Shown: positions 13,151 to 26,802 of the stretch, piece by piece
Numbering within the stretch: position 1 is the first letter of the stretch
Layout of the letters: the number at the start of each line of letters is the position of its first letter
Assembly: GCF_006345805.1 (NCBI RefSeq)
Contig: NC_043003.1
Span: 22,320,001 to 22,384,000 of the forward strand
Length of the DNA stretch: 64,000 nt
Origin: Octopus sinensis
Lineage: Eukaryota
Reading direction: 5' to 3'
Made by a program: the position numbers and the translations under genes
The notes under the pieces: generated by a model
What the model was told of the DNA's origin: nothing
Databases searched by the model: none
The model's input: the letters and a program-made list of their open reading frames with translations, nothing else

Positions 13151-15189
13151 TTAATTTAAACTAAGTATTAATTTAATTTAAACTAAGTATTAAGATCTTA
13201 TTTCTCTGTTTAGTAAGTAGAACAGAAGCATAGAATATACAGATATATAATTTGTATTTTGTATACTCTTTTGAGGTGCATGTGTGTGTATTCCTCTGCA
13301 TTGGATTACTATGTGGTATGATAGCCAGGTCCACTAGAAGAGCTTTCTGTGATTGCCTCGGGATTCTATGACTCTATATATTGCACTACAACACTACAAA
13401 TTTATATATGTGTATATGTATGTATATGATGAATGAAACATATCACAGATTAGTTTATTCATGTTTGAATCTGTTGGAACATATTATGAATAAATATGCA
13501 AGTCATTGTTTTGATTCTTGCTGTTCACGATGCATATGATTATTTATTAAGGGTTGCCAATTAGCAACATGTATCAGCAAAAAAATTGTTTTGCTGAAGT
13601 TATGAACAAGAGCTTTGGTATGATAAATCTAAACAAGAGACCTTCACACTGGTTTGGTTACATATCTGCGACTTTAGCAGTTCGGCAAAAGAGTCTGATA
13701 GAATAAGTACCAGATGTTAAAAAAAAAAATGCAAGAACGAAGGTGGATTTGTTCAGCTAAACCCTTCAAGGCAGCGCTCCAGCAGGGCCACAGTCCAATG
13801 ACTTGAACTAGTAAAAGAAATATGTAACTGTGAACTCTAGTACCAGCAGATTCATGATCCCAGCCATGACGAGCCCATTTATTTTCAGATACATATTCAA
13901 GACTGCATTGCAATGTGTCCTTTTAATTTTTAAATGGCAAAATGTAGTTTGATGTGAACTTAGTTGCTATTTCTTGTAAGTAACATGGTCATGTGCCCCC
14001 CCCCCAACTTCTTGTTAGTACATAATAATGAGGTTGTTTAGCTCTAAGTCAACCCTGATTTAGCAGATCTGTGATTAAGGGCATTACAGTCAGGATAAAA
14101 TATTGGTTTCATATTTTGGCACAAGGCCAGCAATTTTGGGGGAGTGGGTAAGTCAATTAGATCAACCCCTATGATCAACTGGTACTTATTTTATTGCCCC
14201 TGAAAGGATGAAAGACCAAGTCAACCTTGGTGGAATTTGAACTCAGAACTTAAATACAAATGAAATGCTGGCATGTTGACAATTCTGCCAGTTCTCTACC
14301 CACCAGGATCAAATATTAGCTTATGTTTCCTGCTTTTGTTTTGAGACAGTAACATGTGATTGAAGGAAGATTTGGCTACTATTTCATGCAAGTCAAATGA
14401 TCATGTAGGGGCCCTGACATTAGTTTGTACTGATAGTGATGATGCTGGGAAACCCTTGGAGTAATAGCTATGATGATGATGACAACGGTGTTTGTGGTGG
14501 TGGTGATGTTGTTGATGACAGAATGATGATAGAGGTGACAGTGGTGAAGATTTGACAGTGGTGACAGTAGTGATGACGGTTGTGACAATTGATGATGACG
14601 GAAGTGGTGACAGTGATGGTTTCATTTTTTTTCTTATGTTTCCTTTTTATGCCAAACAACACTGATGTCGAACAATGCAAAATTGACAGCAACAAATAAA
14701 ATACCACCACCACAACAACAACAGCTGTATCAACAACAACAACTAGGTCAACACTAGCAATAACAACAACAACATCATCATGTACTACAATAGTAACTTC
14801 CCAGACTTAATAAGCCATTGTCTACTGCCAATCTATTAACAGCCGCTGTGCTTTTTTCTCAAGTCTGATCCATTGATGAGGTCTTGGGAATTTGGATTTT
14901 TATTTCTGAATCAAATTTTTTTTCTTTAATGCCAAAACCTATTCATTCCCTCATCTTCATTATCCAGCTCTTATACTTGTGCTGATCCCCTCCTCCACCT
15001 CCTACTTTCCACCTGTGGCTGGGTACCCCTCACACAATCACTGCCCTACCACCCTACCTTGTTTATCTGGAATGTTAGGTTTGTAGCCTCTGGTGGGTGT
15101 GATGGTTGAATTTCTTTCTGAAAACCGGTCTGAAAGGTTTTATGACTAGACTGACATACAATTGGATATAAATACTGGTACACACACAC

Positions 15190-15263
15190 ACACAAGCATA
15201 TGTATGTAGACTCAGGCATACATATATACATTCATACATATACACATACATATATGTCTGTAG

Positions 15264-15294
<31 letters not shown>

Positions 15295-15726
15295 GATTCA
15301 CATACATATGTTGAGAAACGCACATACTTATACATGTATATATGTACAAACACACACATACACACTGATAAAAAAATACATGCATACTTAACCATATATA
15401 CATATATAGACAATAGTAATAAACACATGCACATACACACACACACACATATATAGACATACATCCACACACTGACATGGGTAAATACTGATGTACGCAC
15501 CCCTGTAGGCAAATGCCGAAAAACACCTACAACAGCTCACATATAAATACAGGCAAACACATACAAATGACCATCTCAAACAGTAGATGTGCACGCATGT
15601 GCACACACACACCTTGACATATTTTCATGCACACACACACACACCACACACACACAAGCATATGTATGTAGACTCAGGCATACATATATACATTCATACA
15701 TATACACATACATATATGTCTGTAGA

Positions 15727-15760
<34 letters not shown>

Positions 15761-16093
15761 GATTCACATACATATGTTGAGAACGCACATACTTATACAT
15801 GTATATATGTACAAACACACACATACACACTGATAAAAAAATACATGCATACTTAACCATATATACATATATAGACAATAGTAATAAACACATGCACATA
15901 CACACACACACACATATATAGACATACATCCACACACTGACATGGGTAAATACTGATGTACGCACCCCTGTAGGCAAATGCCGAAAAACACCTACAACAG
16001 CTCACATATAAATACAGGCAAACACATACAAATGACCATCTCAAACAGTAGATGTGCACGCATGTGCACACACACACCTTGACATATTTTCAT

Positions 16094-16110
<17 letters not shown>
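15190..16110. repeat. Near-perfect tandem duplication, period 462 bp
   Basis: caagcatatgtatgtagactcagg starts at 15193 and at 15655. The copies differ by one TACA unit and about one single-base indel. Confidence 0.95.
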
Positions 16111-16133
<23 letters not shown>

Positions 16134-16331
16134 TTCCCCATATGCACAAATGCATACACAGATGCTTGTGGGCACAAAAGCACACACGTGAAGGTAAACA
16201 TTTTTACACACCCACACACACAGAAATAGGTGCACACTACACCTGAGAGAACCTGCCTACATCCACATTCCCTTCCTTCTGAAATAAACAAACATATATA
16301 ATAATAGGTGAGGAGTGGATTTTATGATATA

Positions 16332-16365
<34 letters not shown>

Positions 16366-17100
16366 TATATATATATATATACACACACACACATATACAT
16401 ACACACATTTGTTTTTGCCATTTTTGGCCAATTTCCTCTATCTTTCATTAAGTCTTAGTTTGTCTCTTTCTTTCTCTCTCTCCCTTTCCTCTTTCTCTCT
16501 CTCTCTTTCCTCTTTCTCTCTCTCTCTTTCCTTTCTCTCTCTCTCTTTCCTCTTTCTCTCTCTCTCTTACTCTCAGTTTGTTTCACTTTCTATCTTTCTC
16601 TTGTTCTTATTTTGTAATTTGTAATTCTTTTTCATGTTGCTTTCTTACTTTATTTTCTCAGTCTTATTGTAGCTTGTGTGTGTGTGTGATGTATGTGTAA
16701 CTGTGTATGTGTCTCTATGTATATTTGCAGGAATATTTCGGGTGTGTGTGTGTGTATGAGAGTGACAAAATGAATTGTATAAGAAATGCTTTTTATAGAG
16801 AATCTAAGTAAAAGAAAAACAAACCCCCCCAAAAATCTCTCCTGCCCCATCACCTCTACCACCTGTACATACCACCACATCTACCTGCCTCCACCACCAT
16901 CACCACACCATTAAATCTGCCACCACCTTCATCTCTACATCTGTCACCATCTCTACTACCATCTTGACCACCACCATCACCATGAAATCATTACATTCAC
17001 CACCATCACCACTACTTCATCTATCACCATCTCTACTACCATCTTGACCTCTGCCATGACCACAATGCCATTACATCTGCTACCACCATCACCACCATCT

Positions 17101-17332
17101 TATTTCTTTACTGCCCACAAGGGGCTAAACATAGAGGGGACAAACAAGGACAGACAAATGGATTAAGTTGATTATATCAACCCCAGTGTGTAACTGGTAC
17201 TTATTTAATCAATCCCGAAAGGATGAAAGGCAAAGTTGACCTCGGCGGAATTTGAACTCAGAATGTAGGGGCAGACAAAATACCGCTAAGCATTTGCCCA
17301 GCGTGCTAACGATTCTGCCAGCTCGCCACCTT
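17101..17332 (-). mobile_element. SINE family A, full length
   Basis: Reverse complement of 7811-8040. Further copies or fragments at about 5820-6030, 14100-14310, 24430-24635, 57140-57590, 60970-61185 and 61460-61810. Confidence 0.85.
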
Positions 17333-18409
17333 TATCATCACCACCATCTGTCACCCTCTCTACTTCCATTTTGATCATCTCAGCTGTGGTGACCAGCATA
17401 AGACCACCACCATCATGACCACAACAACCACAACACCACCATAATCTCTGAGCACTTCTACCTACAAGACATCACCATCATTATCACTACAGCCAGAACC
17501 AGTAAACCTCTACCTCACCACCACCACCACTACTAGAGATACCACTGATACACTTTCATCATTACCATCACAACTACAACTAATGTGCATTTGCTCACTA
17601 CCACCATGATGAGTACCAGTGCACCTCTCCCATCACTGCCATCATCAGTATCATTACCATACCACTATAGCTACCACTACTACTACCTCTGGCTCACCAT
17701 CCTGTCACTGCAACCACCAGTACTACCAACATCATTACTACCATAGCTACCACTCCCATTACTACTACCTGTACATTTCCACTGTCGCTACCATCCTGTC
17801 TACCAGCAGTAAGGAGGAGCCAGTAAGGGAACCTTTATATTGTTGGGTAGTTTGCTAGAAATAGCAGCTATACTTTACTGCCTTAGAAAATGGATATGCT
17901 GTTTAATGTTTTGAGGCATGCACAATAAAATGCACATTAAAAAATGAATAGCAAAAAAAAAAAAAAAAACAGGATGATCATGGTCGGAATGTCTTTGATC
18001 ATCGGTTTGCTTAAAGAAGGCAGATCTGAGGCTAAATGTCAGCCACCACCATCACATCTTTGACACTTGTGTTGGCTCACTTTTAATCAGGTTACTGTTT
18101 GTCTTGCTTTTTTCTTTCCTAATATGTAGCTTTGTCTTTCATTCATTTCTGATGTACCTGGCATCCTAGTACAGTGGATGGACCATCAAATTGTGACTTG
18201 CTGTCTAATATGACTCATTCAATCATATTATTCTTTAGATACGAATCTTTCATTTTTGCAATTGAGTAATTCTTTTGACCTCTTTCTTTCTCTACACAGA
18301 CACTGCCCAAACCTCCATGATTCCAAACTGTTGAATTTGTCTGTTTAGGCCAATGATGTGATATTACTTGATCTGCTAAGATTAGCAACCAAATTTCTCT
18401 TAAATCACA

Positions 18410-18930
18410 ACAGTTGTGGCTGTGTGGTGAGAAGCTTGCTTCCCAACCACATGGTTCCGGGCTCAGTCCCACTCTGTGGCACCTTGGGAAAGTGTCTTCT
18501 ACTATAGCCTCAGGCTGACCAAAGCCTTGTGAGTGGATTTGGTAGACGGAAACTGAAAGAAGCCCGTCGTGTGTGTGTGTGTGTATAATATATATGTATG
18601 TATTTATATGTATGTGTATGTATATATGTGTATGTATGAATGTGTATGTATATGTATGCCTATGTGTATGTATATACATATGTATATATATATATATGTA
18701 TACATGTCCTTATGTGTGTGTATCTGTGTTTGTCCCCACTGCCATCGCTTGACAACCAATGCCGGTGTGTTTATGTCCCTGTGACCTAGTGGTTCGTCAA
18801 AAGAAACCAATAGAATAAGTACTAGGCTTGCAAAAAATAAGTCCTGGGGTTGATTTCTTCAACTAAAACCCTTGAGGGTGGTGCTCCAGCATGGCTGCAG
18901 TCAAATGACTGAAATGAGCGAAAGAATGAA
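18410..18930 (+). mobile_element. SINE family B with expanded internal (TA/TG)n
   Basis: Head gtggctgtgtggtgagaagcttgcttcccaaccacatggttccggg, internal microsatellite and tail ggtgctccagcatggctgcagtcaaatgactgaaa. Confidence 0.85.
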
Positions 18931-19152
18931 AGAATACACGTACATGGAGTTCATTTTTTAATCTATTGCGTAGAAAGAAAGGCTGTTGCAAGTTGGAGTA
19001 CTGTTGGTCATAGATTTGCTTAATACAGAAGTGAGCTGGGTTGAAATACAAGAGCAAGAACAAATATTTAATTTCTTTTTATCATTGGGTGGTGGCTGAA
19101 AGGAAATTGTAAATATTACTTCATATATATAAATAAATAAATAAACACAGAC

Positions 19153-19230
<78 letters not shown>

Positions 19231-19232
19231 AT

Positions 19233-19527
19233 AAATTAGAAAAAACACCTTTTATCAATTCAAAATGAACAATTAAATTACACCATCTAGAAAATTACAT
19301 ATAATAGAAATATTAAATATAAAATAACAATAATATACCAATGATTAAGTAAAGTGCAAAATAATAAATAAAACATATATATTTGGTAGATTATTATTTT
19401 GCACTTTACTTAATCATTGGTATATTATTGTTATTTTATATTTACTATTTCTATTATATGTAATTTTCTAGATGGTGTAATTTAATCGTTCATTTTGAAT
19501 TGATAAAAGGTGCTTTTTTTCTAATTT
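19233..19527. repeat. Long fold-back palindrome (arms about 135 bp, 23-nt spacer) between (TA)n tracts
   Basis: 19233-19367 is the reverse complement of 19391-19527 with only a few mismatches. Confidence 0.95.
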
Positions 19528-20160
19528 TTATATATATATATATATATAAATATATATTATATTTTGTGAAATTTGATTTAGTATTTCTAAATTGAAGTTT
19601 TCCCTGTAAGTTAGGAATAATATTCCCTCAAATTATTATTATATATATATATATATATATATATTTATAAACACAGACGTGCACGCACACACACATGCAC
19701 ACATTCACTGCTGGTATAGCTGTGTAGTTTAAAAGTTTCCTTCCAGACTACATGGCTTTGAGTTCAATCCTGCTGCTTGACATCTTGGGCATGTTATCTT
19801 CCACTATAGCCCCGAGCCCACCAAAGCCTTATGAGTGGATTTAGCGGATGAAAACTGACAAAAGCCCATTGTGTGTGTGTGTGTGTGTGGTGTGTGTGTG
19901 TGTGCTTGTGCCCTTGATTTGACATCTCAGGATAGTTGTAAGCATCAATGCATGGTGCACCTCTGCAAACCTGAGATGTGTTCAGTCTATCAGATGGTAT
20001 TGATGAATGGCTGTTACATCCACTTAGCCGTGATGTGGAGGCATTCATTTTTGTTATTTCAGTGTTTAGCTTGTTTATGAAAGGTGTTTTTTTTCTTATT
20101 ATAGCATTGGAAATCGATTGTGTGAAATATATACTGTTGTGTTTTAGTATCAGAAGATTG

Positions 20161-20985
20161 AAACAATTGCGCTGGCAGAATTGGTAGAGCGTCAGAAAAA
20201 ATACTCTAGTATTTCTTTTTACTCTTTATGTGCTGAGTTCATATTCAACTGGAGTCAACTTTGCTGTTTATCCCTTTGGGGCTGATCAAATAAGGTACCG
20301 GTGAAGTACTGGGGTTGATGATATTGACTAAAACCCTCCCCTGAATGTTGTTGGCCTTACACCTAAATGAGAAACTTATTATTTTTATTAGTTGAGTGAC
20401 AAGCTGGTAGAGTCATTAGCACGCTGGGCAAAATGCTTAGTGGTATTTTGTCCGACTTTGTTCTGAATCCAAATGCCGCCAGGATTGACTTTGCCTTTCA
20501 TCCTCCAGGGGTGATAAAATAAATATCAGTTGAGCTCTGGGGCCAATGAAATTGACCTACCCCTTACTCACCAAATTTCAGGCCTTGTGCCAAAACACAA
20601 AAGGATTAATTCTGCCGAGGTTGACTTTGCCTTTCATCCTTTCAGGATCAATAAAATAAGTACCAGTGAAACACTGGGGTTAATGTAATCAACTTGTCCC
20701 GTCCCTCAACCTTTTAGGCTTTGTACCTTTAGTAGAAAGGATTATTATTATTATTATGAAGGTGGCAAGCTGGCAGAAACATTAGCACACCAGACAAAAT
20801 GCCTAGCAGTATTTTGCCTGTTGCTACGTTCTGAGTTCAAATTCTACTGAGGTTGATTTTTGCTTTTCATCATTTCGGGGTCGATAAATTAAGTACCAGT
20901 TGATTACTGGGGTTGATCAAATCGACTGGCCCCACTCCCCCCAAAATTTCAGGCCTTGTGCCTATAGTAGAAAGGATTATTATTG
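20161..20985 (+). mobile_element. Head-to-tail cluster of four SINE family A copies
   Basis: Repeated gctgg(c/t)agaa...ctttgc(c/t)tttcatcc...agtaccag units separated by ATT-rich linkers. Confidence 0.8.
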
Positions 20986-20994
20986 ATTGATTGA

Positions 20995-21445
20995 GAGAGC
21001 AGTGCATGCCATCATAGTGACACTGGAGTAAAATATACGAAGCCCAGTATACCTATCATGACTACCCGTCTGATAAGGGTCTACCAGGCACATGCATCCC
21101 AACTATGTGTGCGTGACATGGTGATCTCATATCAAGATAAACAATGTATGACCTTGCAGGTGGGTCCCAGTTAGAATTTTCTTCAGGTCGAGTAGCCCAT
21201 CCTGCTCAAAACGTCTCTGAATAAGGGTTGTTTAAGGATGTTGAACGAACCACCCATGTTTCCATAGGTGAATTATTCAAACCCAAAGGAATTCCTCTCA
21301 GCATATGGCTATGATGCTCCTCCACTGCTTCTGCTCGTGATCAGAGATGCACATATTGTCAGCCACTAAGGGACATGCTCAACTGATTAAGGTCAAGCAA
21401 CTGACAAGCAGATCTGTGGTACTGAGCAGAATGTTTGCTGTAGTC
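20995..21445 (+). repeat. Dispersed repeat family D (copy 2)
   Basis: Closely similar to 8815-9260. Confidence 0.8.
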
Positions 21446-22072
21446 TATCTTTTACTATTATTATTACTATTTAGGTGAACCATAGACATGCAGAATCGAG
21501 TGACAAAAATATTTTCTGCTTCCTTAGTTACAACCCTTTCAAATCCGGCTACAGTTGACTTTGTCTTTCAATCTTCTAAGGTTGTTAAAATAAAGTACCA
21601 ACGAAATACTGGTGTCCATCTAACTTGTCTGTTCCCTTGTTTCCTCCCCAACACCTCTGCTTCAAAATTTCCAGCCTTGTTCCAAAGTTAAGAATCAATA
21701 TTTAAGAATTCCTGTTGTATTGTTGGTTGCATTATGAGAATTTCTCTGTTGGTTTCTATAGCGATACTTTTCTCGAGGGTAATTTCTCAAACTGAACACC
21801 ACTTTCTACAAATCCAATTACCCTCCCCACCCACCTCATCCTACTCCTCATAAACCTACGTTCATTTAGTTGATGTTTCCATAAGCAATTGGACATTTCT
21901 GTTGTTTCTTTCTTTTACTTTTTCTTTTACAGATTTAATGCTTTTATCCATTACTTCATCCATCCGTGTGTGTGTGTGTGTGTGAGAGCGTGTATTTGTA
22001 TATACTTCTATATATGTGTGTGTATGAGTATATTTGTGTGTATGTATGTACATATGTGTGAGTATATTTGTT

Positions 22073-22105
<33 letters not shown>

Positions 22106-22391
22106 GTACATCTGTGTGTGTCAGTATATTTGTGTGTGTATGTATATGTACATGTGTGTTGAGTATATTTGTGTATGCACATGTTGAGTATATTTGTGTG
22201 TATGTATGTATGTATGTACATATGTGTATGTGAGTATATTTGTATGTATGTACATGTGTATTTGTGTATATTTATGTACATATATGTATGTGTTAATATT
22301 TGTGTGTATGTGCATATGCATCCATGTGCATGTATTTCTCATTTCTTACACTCATTCTGTCTGTCTGTCTTTCTGTCTCTTCCTCTCTTCT

Positions 22392-22449
<58 letters not shown>

Positions 22450-25400
22450 ATTTAACAGCATGCACCCTAAAACACCTGTCTTGTCTGTTCCTTTTGATTT
22501 TATTTCATTGCTCATAGGTGCATGTTTTGTGCAGAAAGACCTTAATATTCTCATCTACACCACCCACTACTCTTCTTTCTCTCTAACTGTCTTTACAAAT
22601 CCCTTTTCCCTCTCACCTTTTCCTTACCCTTTCTATAGTTCAACTCCACCTCCAACCCTTTTTATCTCTTTATTGGCATGCTATTAAAAAAAAAAAAAAA
22701 TTAATTTGTTTGTCCCTTAATTAATATAAAGATATTTGTTTCTTTTGAAATAGCTAATTAAAGAAAACAACAATACAAAATAATATAAACATAAAACAAG
22801 AAAACCAAAAACAAACAAACAACAACAAAAACCAAATATGGCTTATTTCAAGAATTTCTAGCATGGCTTATTTCAAATTTAGTTGTCTTGGCAATTTTGC
22901 TAGGAGATCTTGGCGGTAACAACAGCAGTAGCAGCAGCAACAGCAGCAGCATGTGAAGAAAGAATATACAGCAATATTATTAATTAATTGTTGCCTGCGT
23001 TTTCAGGATTCCTTCAGATGACAGGTCCATATTTTATTTTATCAAGGAAGGGAAACAAAAGCAAAACAAAACATAATAAATAAAAAAAAATATCATGAAA
23101 CCACAACCAAGAAGTAACTCTTGTTTTCTGATAAGAGAAACTGTTGAAATCCTATACTACTACTACTGGTGTTGTGGTGGTGGTAGTTGTAGTAATGCAA
23201 TAGTAACTGCTTCTGCAAACGCTGATGGTTTCATACATTAGCAAATTGAACTCCTCAGGTTTGTCGAGCTGGCAAAGGAGCTGCTAAAATACTTGCTCGA
23301 CTTGTTAAAAATAGCAATGAAATCTCTCTCAAATTACATCCCCACTGTCTTGAAAAGTGATAGAGGCATTTAGATGTTGTAGTTTTAGATGTGCTATGCC
23401 AAAGTAAAAGATGGAATGGTCATATCTGGAATGCTTTTGATCACAGGTCTGATAATTTGAAACCTCCCACCCCACATGATGGCTCAGAAATCTCTCTCAA
23501 ATTACATCTTCACTGTCTTGAAAAGGGATGGATGCATTTAGATGTTGCAGTTTTAGATGTGCTATGCCAAAGTAAAAGATGGAACTGCCAATCAAGAGCT
23601 GGATTTCCTGAGGTAGTCAGATTTGTTTTCAACTTTGTTCAGTTATATTCTGTGACAACACTGGTATAAAAAGTGTATCTTCGCTTGTCCTTCTTTTGGA
23701 CACTATCAATGATGTGAGAGGAGACCTGCCACAGGAGCAACCGTTGACTTTCCATAACAACAGTGCCCAGACCTGTGTACCAGAGAGGACCCAGTTGTCT
23801 CACAACTCCACCAACACAGAACTGAAGCAATATGACCTCACAACACACAGTTGATGGTTGCTAAAGAAGAAGAACAACAACAGTAACTAGCCATAATATG
23901 GTATAACTAACAGAACTGAACAACTGACTCCATGAACAAACTTCTCTACAGTTGTTTTTATCTAACTCCAGGTCAATCCTGATTCAGCTGACCTATGATT
24001 AAAAAGTATTCCAACTATGATCATTCCATTAAAAATTTTTCGAGCAATAGTATATCACAGACTGTATTATTCAATGTATCCTATTAATGTGGTAGGTGTT
24101 GCTTGATGGAGATTTGATTGTTATTTCTAGAGGGCTGAGCAACCACATAAAGGTTTTCTTCTTCACTGGTTTTTCTTGGTTAAAACAATAGGGTGTAATC
24201 TGAGGGATTTTTGGCTGCTATATCTAGGAGGTTCCTGGTCTGGTTTTTGTTTTTAACTTGAGGTTAAATAGTTTGATGTGGCCTTCACTATTCTCTAAGA
24301 AACCTTACACATATGCACACACACACACACACGCGCATGCACATGTATATAGACATACACATGGACAGTATATTTCTCTTTCAAGGAATGATCTCCGTTT
24401 GAACAGCATATATAATTATCCTTTTTTTCTATAGGCACAAGGTTGGAAATTTTGAGGGATCAGGGAAGTCAGTTACACTGTCCCAGTGCTCAACTTTGTA
24501 CTTATTTTATCAACCCTGAAAAGATGAAAAGCAAAATCAATCTTTGCGGCATTTGACCTCAGAATGCAAAGATGGATGAAATACCACTAAACATTTTGTC
24601 CAGCATGCTAGCAAGTCTTCTAGCTTGCTGCCATAAACAACATATATAAAAGATAAAAGCTGACACATGAAAGAGAACCATATTATCTCTGATACTCTTT
24701 CATTTCTTATTACAGCATTGGATAAAATGCCTTGTGATATTTGTTCCCACACTCTGTGTTCTGGGTTCAAATTCCACCAAGGTCAGCTTTGTTTCTCATT
24801 ATTTCAGAGTTGATAATAAAAGTACTAATCCAGAGTAGTGCATTGGTGGAACTATTTCTTATGTAGTTGGCATGAGGAAGGTCATCCAACCATAGAAAGC
24901 AAGCCAGATCAGACTGGAATCTAGTGCAGCTCCCCTGCTTGTCAGCTCTTGTTAAACCATCCAACTCATGCCAGCATGAAAAAAAACAAAAAACTTTAAA
25001 TGATGATGATTTAGAAGGTTGGGTGAGAGACATTGTGGTATCTGGTCTCTAATCTGGCTCTTTGCACCATGACAGCAATACCTATGACGACACTTGTTTG
25101 TTGAGATAAGCATTAGTATCATGAATAAGACCAGAGCATAACTTGGTTTCCATGGTGTATAACTGACTGCAGTTACAGTAATGCACCCCTGAACAAGATG
25201 CTGGTCTGTTGCAGAGCCATCCTAATAACATGATAGGCCCCTGGGCAAATCAATGTGCTGGGATCTTCACAAAAAATGCACGTCCATGTACAGATGTGGA
25301 AATCCTTGAGCCTCTCTAGGACCCATAAAACCGGAACTTAACCTTGTTTCCATGATGTATAACTGACTGCTGTTACAGCCTTCACCCCCCCCCCCCTGAA

Positions 25401-26306
25401 TGAGATGCTAGTCTGTTGCAAGGCCATTTTAACAGCATGATAGGCCCCTGGGCAAATCTATGTGCTGCGGCCTATTGTATTTATTTACTGTCAGCTGGAC
25501 ACAATATACATAAATCTAAATTGGGCTTCCAGATCTGCTAGGTCTCTGGGCAAATCAATGCACTGGGCCCTATAGTATATATTTATTAACAGTAAACAAC
25601 AGCATACATAGATTAGAATGGGAGCCCTAGGATCCTGAGGCCTTTGGGCAAATTGATGCCCGGGAACCCTATAGTATATATTTATTGATAGTGTTATGGT
25701 ATACATAGATTAGAATTAGGCCCCTACTGGTCATGGAATTGAGATCACAATCTTACAATTGAGTTTAACATTTTACCACTATGAGATGTGTTTAGAAGGA
25801 GGTCCTACAATAGTTTAAAATGTGTACACACACACACACACACACCTGTACATACATTATACACACACAAACACACATGCCCCCACACACAAACTCAATT
25901 ATGACTTCTTCCCTGCTTGCATTTTCCCCTGTAGTTATTAACTCAAAAAGATATTTGGGCTGGTCATTTACTGCCACAGTCTTGACCGTCTTGGATACAC
26001 TTCATAGCATATGATCTCCATGTCCTTTTTCCCCTGACTAACTTATTAAAACAAAATAAGACTAAAAATGAAAAAATAATAAACAAACACATTACTAAAC
26101 TTACCAATAAAAGAAACAAATACAAAAGAACAAAAATATGGCAAACGTGGTTTTTTTTTTTGTTCTGGGTTTCCTTTTTTTCTCTATTTTTCAAATTTGT
26201 ATGCCCCTTCCGCATGTTACTCCTTGGTTTTGTGTTCGTCCCCACCAATACTCTTATGGTCAGCTGCCCCCCGTTTTTCTGTTTCTAGTTCTCTCTTTGT
26301 TTTCAG

Positions 26307-26528
26307 ATACGATTCAAGTAGTAGTTCTGAAGAATCCAGTTCGGACAGCATAGACTTGGAAGAGTCTGGCTCTTTGAGTGGAAGCAGCAGCAGTAGCAGC
26401 AGCAGCAGCTTTGAGGAGGGTTCATATGATGGGAGGCAGGGAAACATTATTTATAGCTGTAAAGATGATGAGGCAATTGCCCGTGGTGTGCCTGGCGCGA
26501 AGATGTTCGATCAGAACATTCGTGAGAC
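26307..26528 (+). CDS. KANK: KANK exon, Ser/acidic tract (YDSSSSSEESSSDS...MFDQNIRET); 222 nt, phase 2-2
   Basis: Acceptor ctctttgttttcag|a and donor ac|gtaagt; open frame. The start resembles the KANK NGG|YETTSSDDSSS motif, and AC+A joins in frame to 46424. Confidence 0.88.
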
Positions 26529-26802
26529 GTAAGTAATAAATAAGAAAAAATGTAAAAAAAAAGATAAAAAGAGGAGGGGAAAGAAAGAGATTGAGAAATG
26601 ACAAGAGAAAATGTAATGTAAAATATAAAGAATTTAATTGGGTTCACAAGATGGAGGTTAAATCGCAATTTGGAAGTGACAGAATTTGAGGTGGACATTT
26701 GATGTATTGAAGAGATAGAAGTTTTTTGTGGTGAATGTTTTTTTTTTTTTCGCTTTTGGATTTGCTTTGCAGGATTCTTTATATGAGTGTGTGTGTTGAA
26801 GC

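Noticed and set aside
18240-18266. 27-nt AG...GT segment as a microexon
   Set aside because: Hydrophobic unrecognised peptide with only moderate splice signals; expected by chance in AT-rich DNA.
23612-23852. About 80-codon stop-free frame after a good acceptor (AG at 23641-23642) as an extra KANK exon
   Set aside because: No donor in phase 2 to join exon 26307 before the stop, and no recognisable KANK motif.
1-26306. Preceding KANK exon ending in an FVGxNG-type motif in phase 2
   Set aside because: No such sequence with a donor was found by eye; it probably lies upstream of the window.
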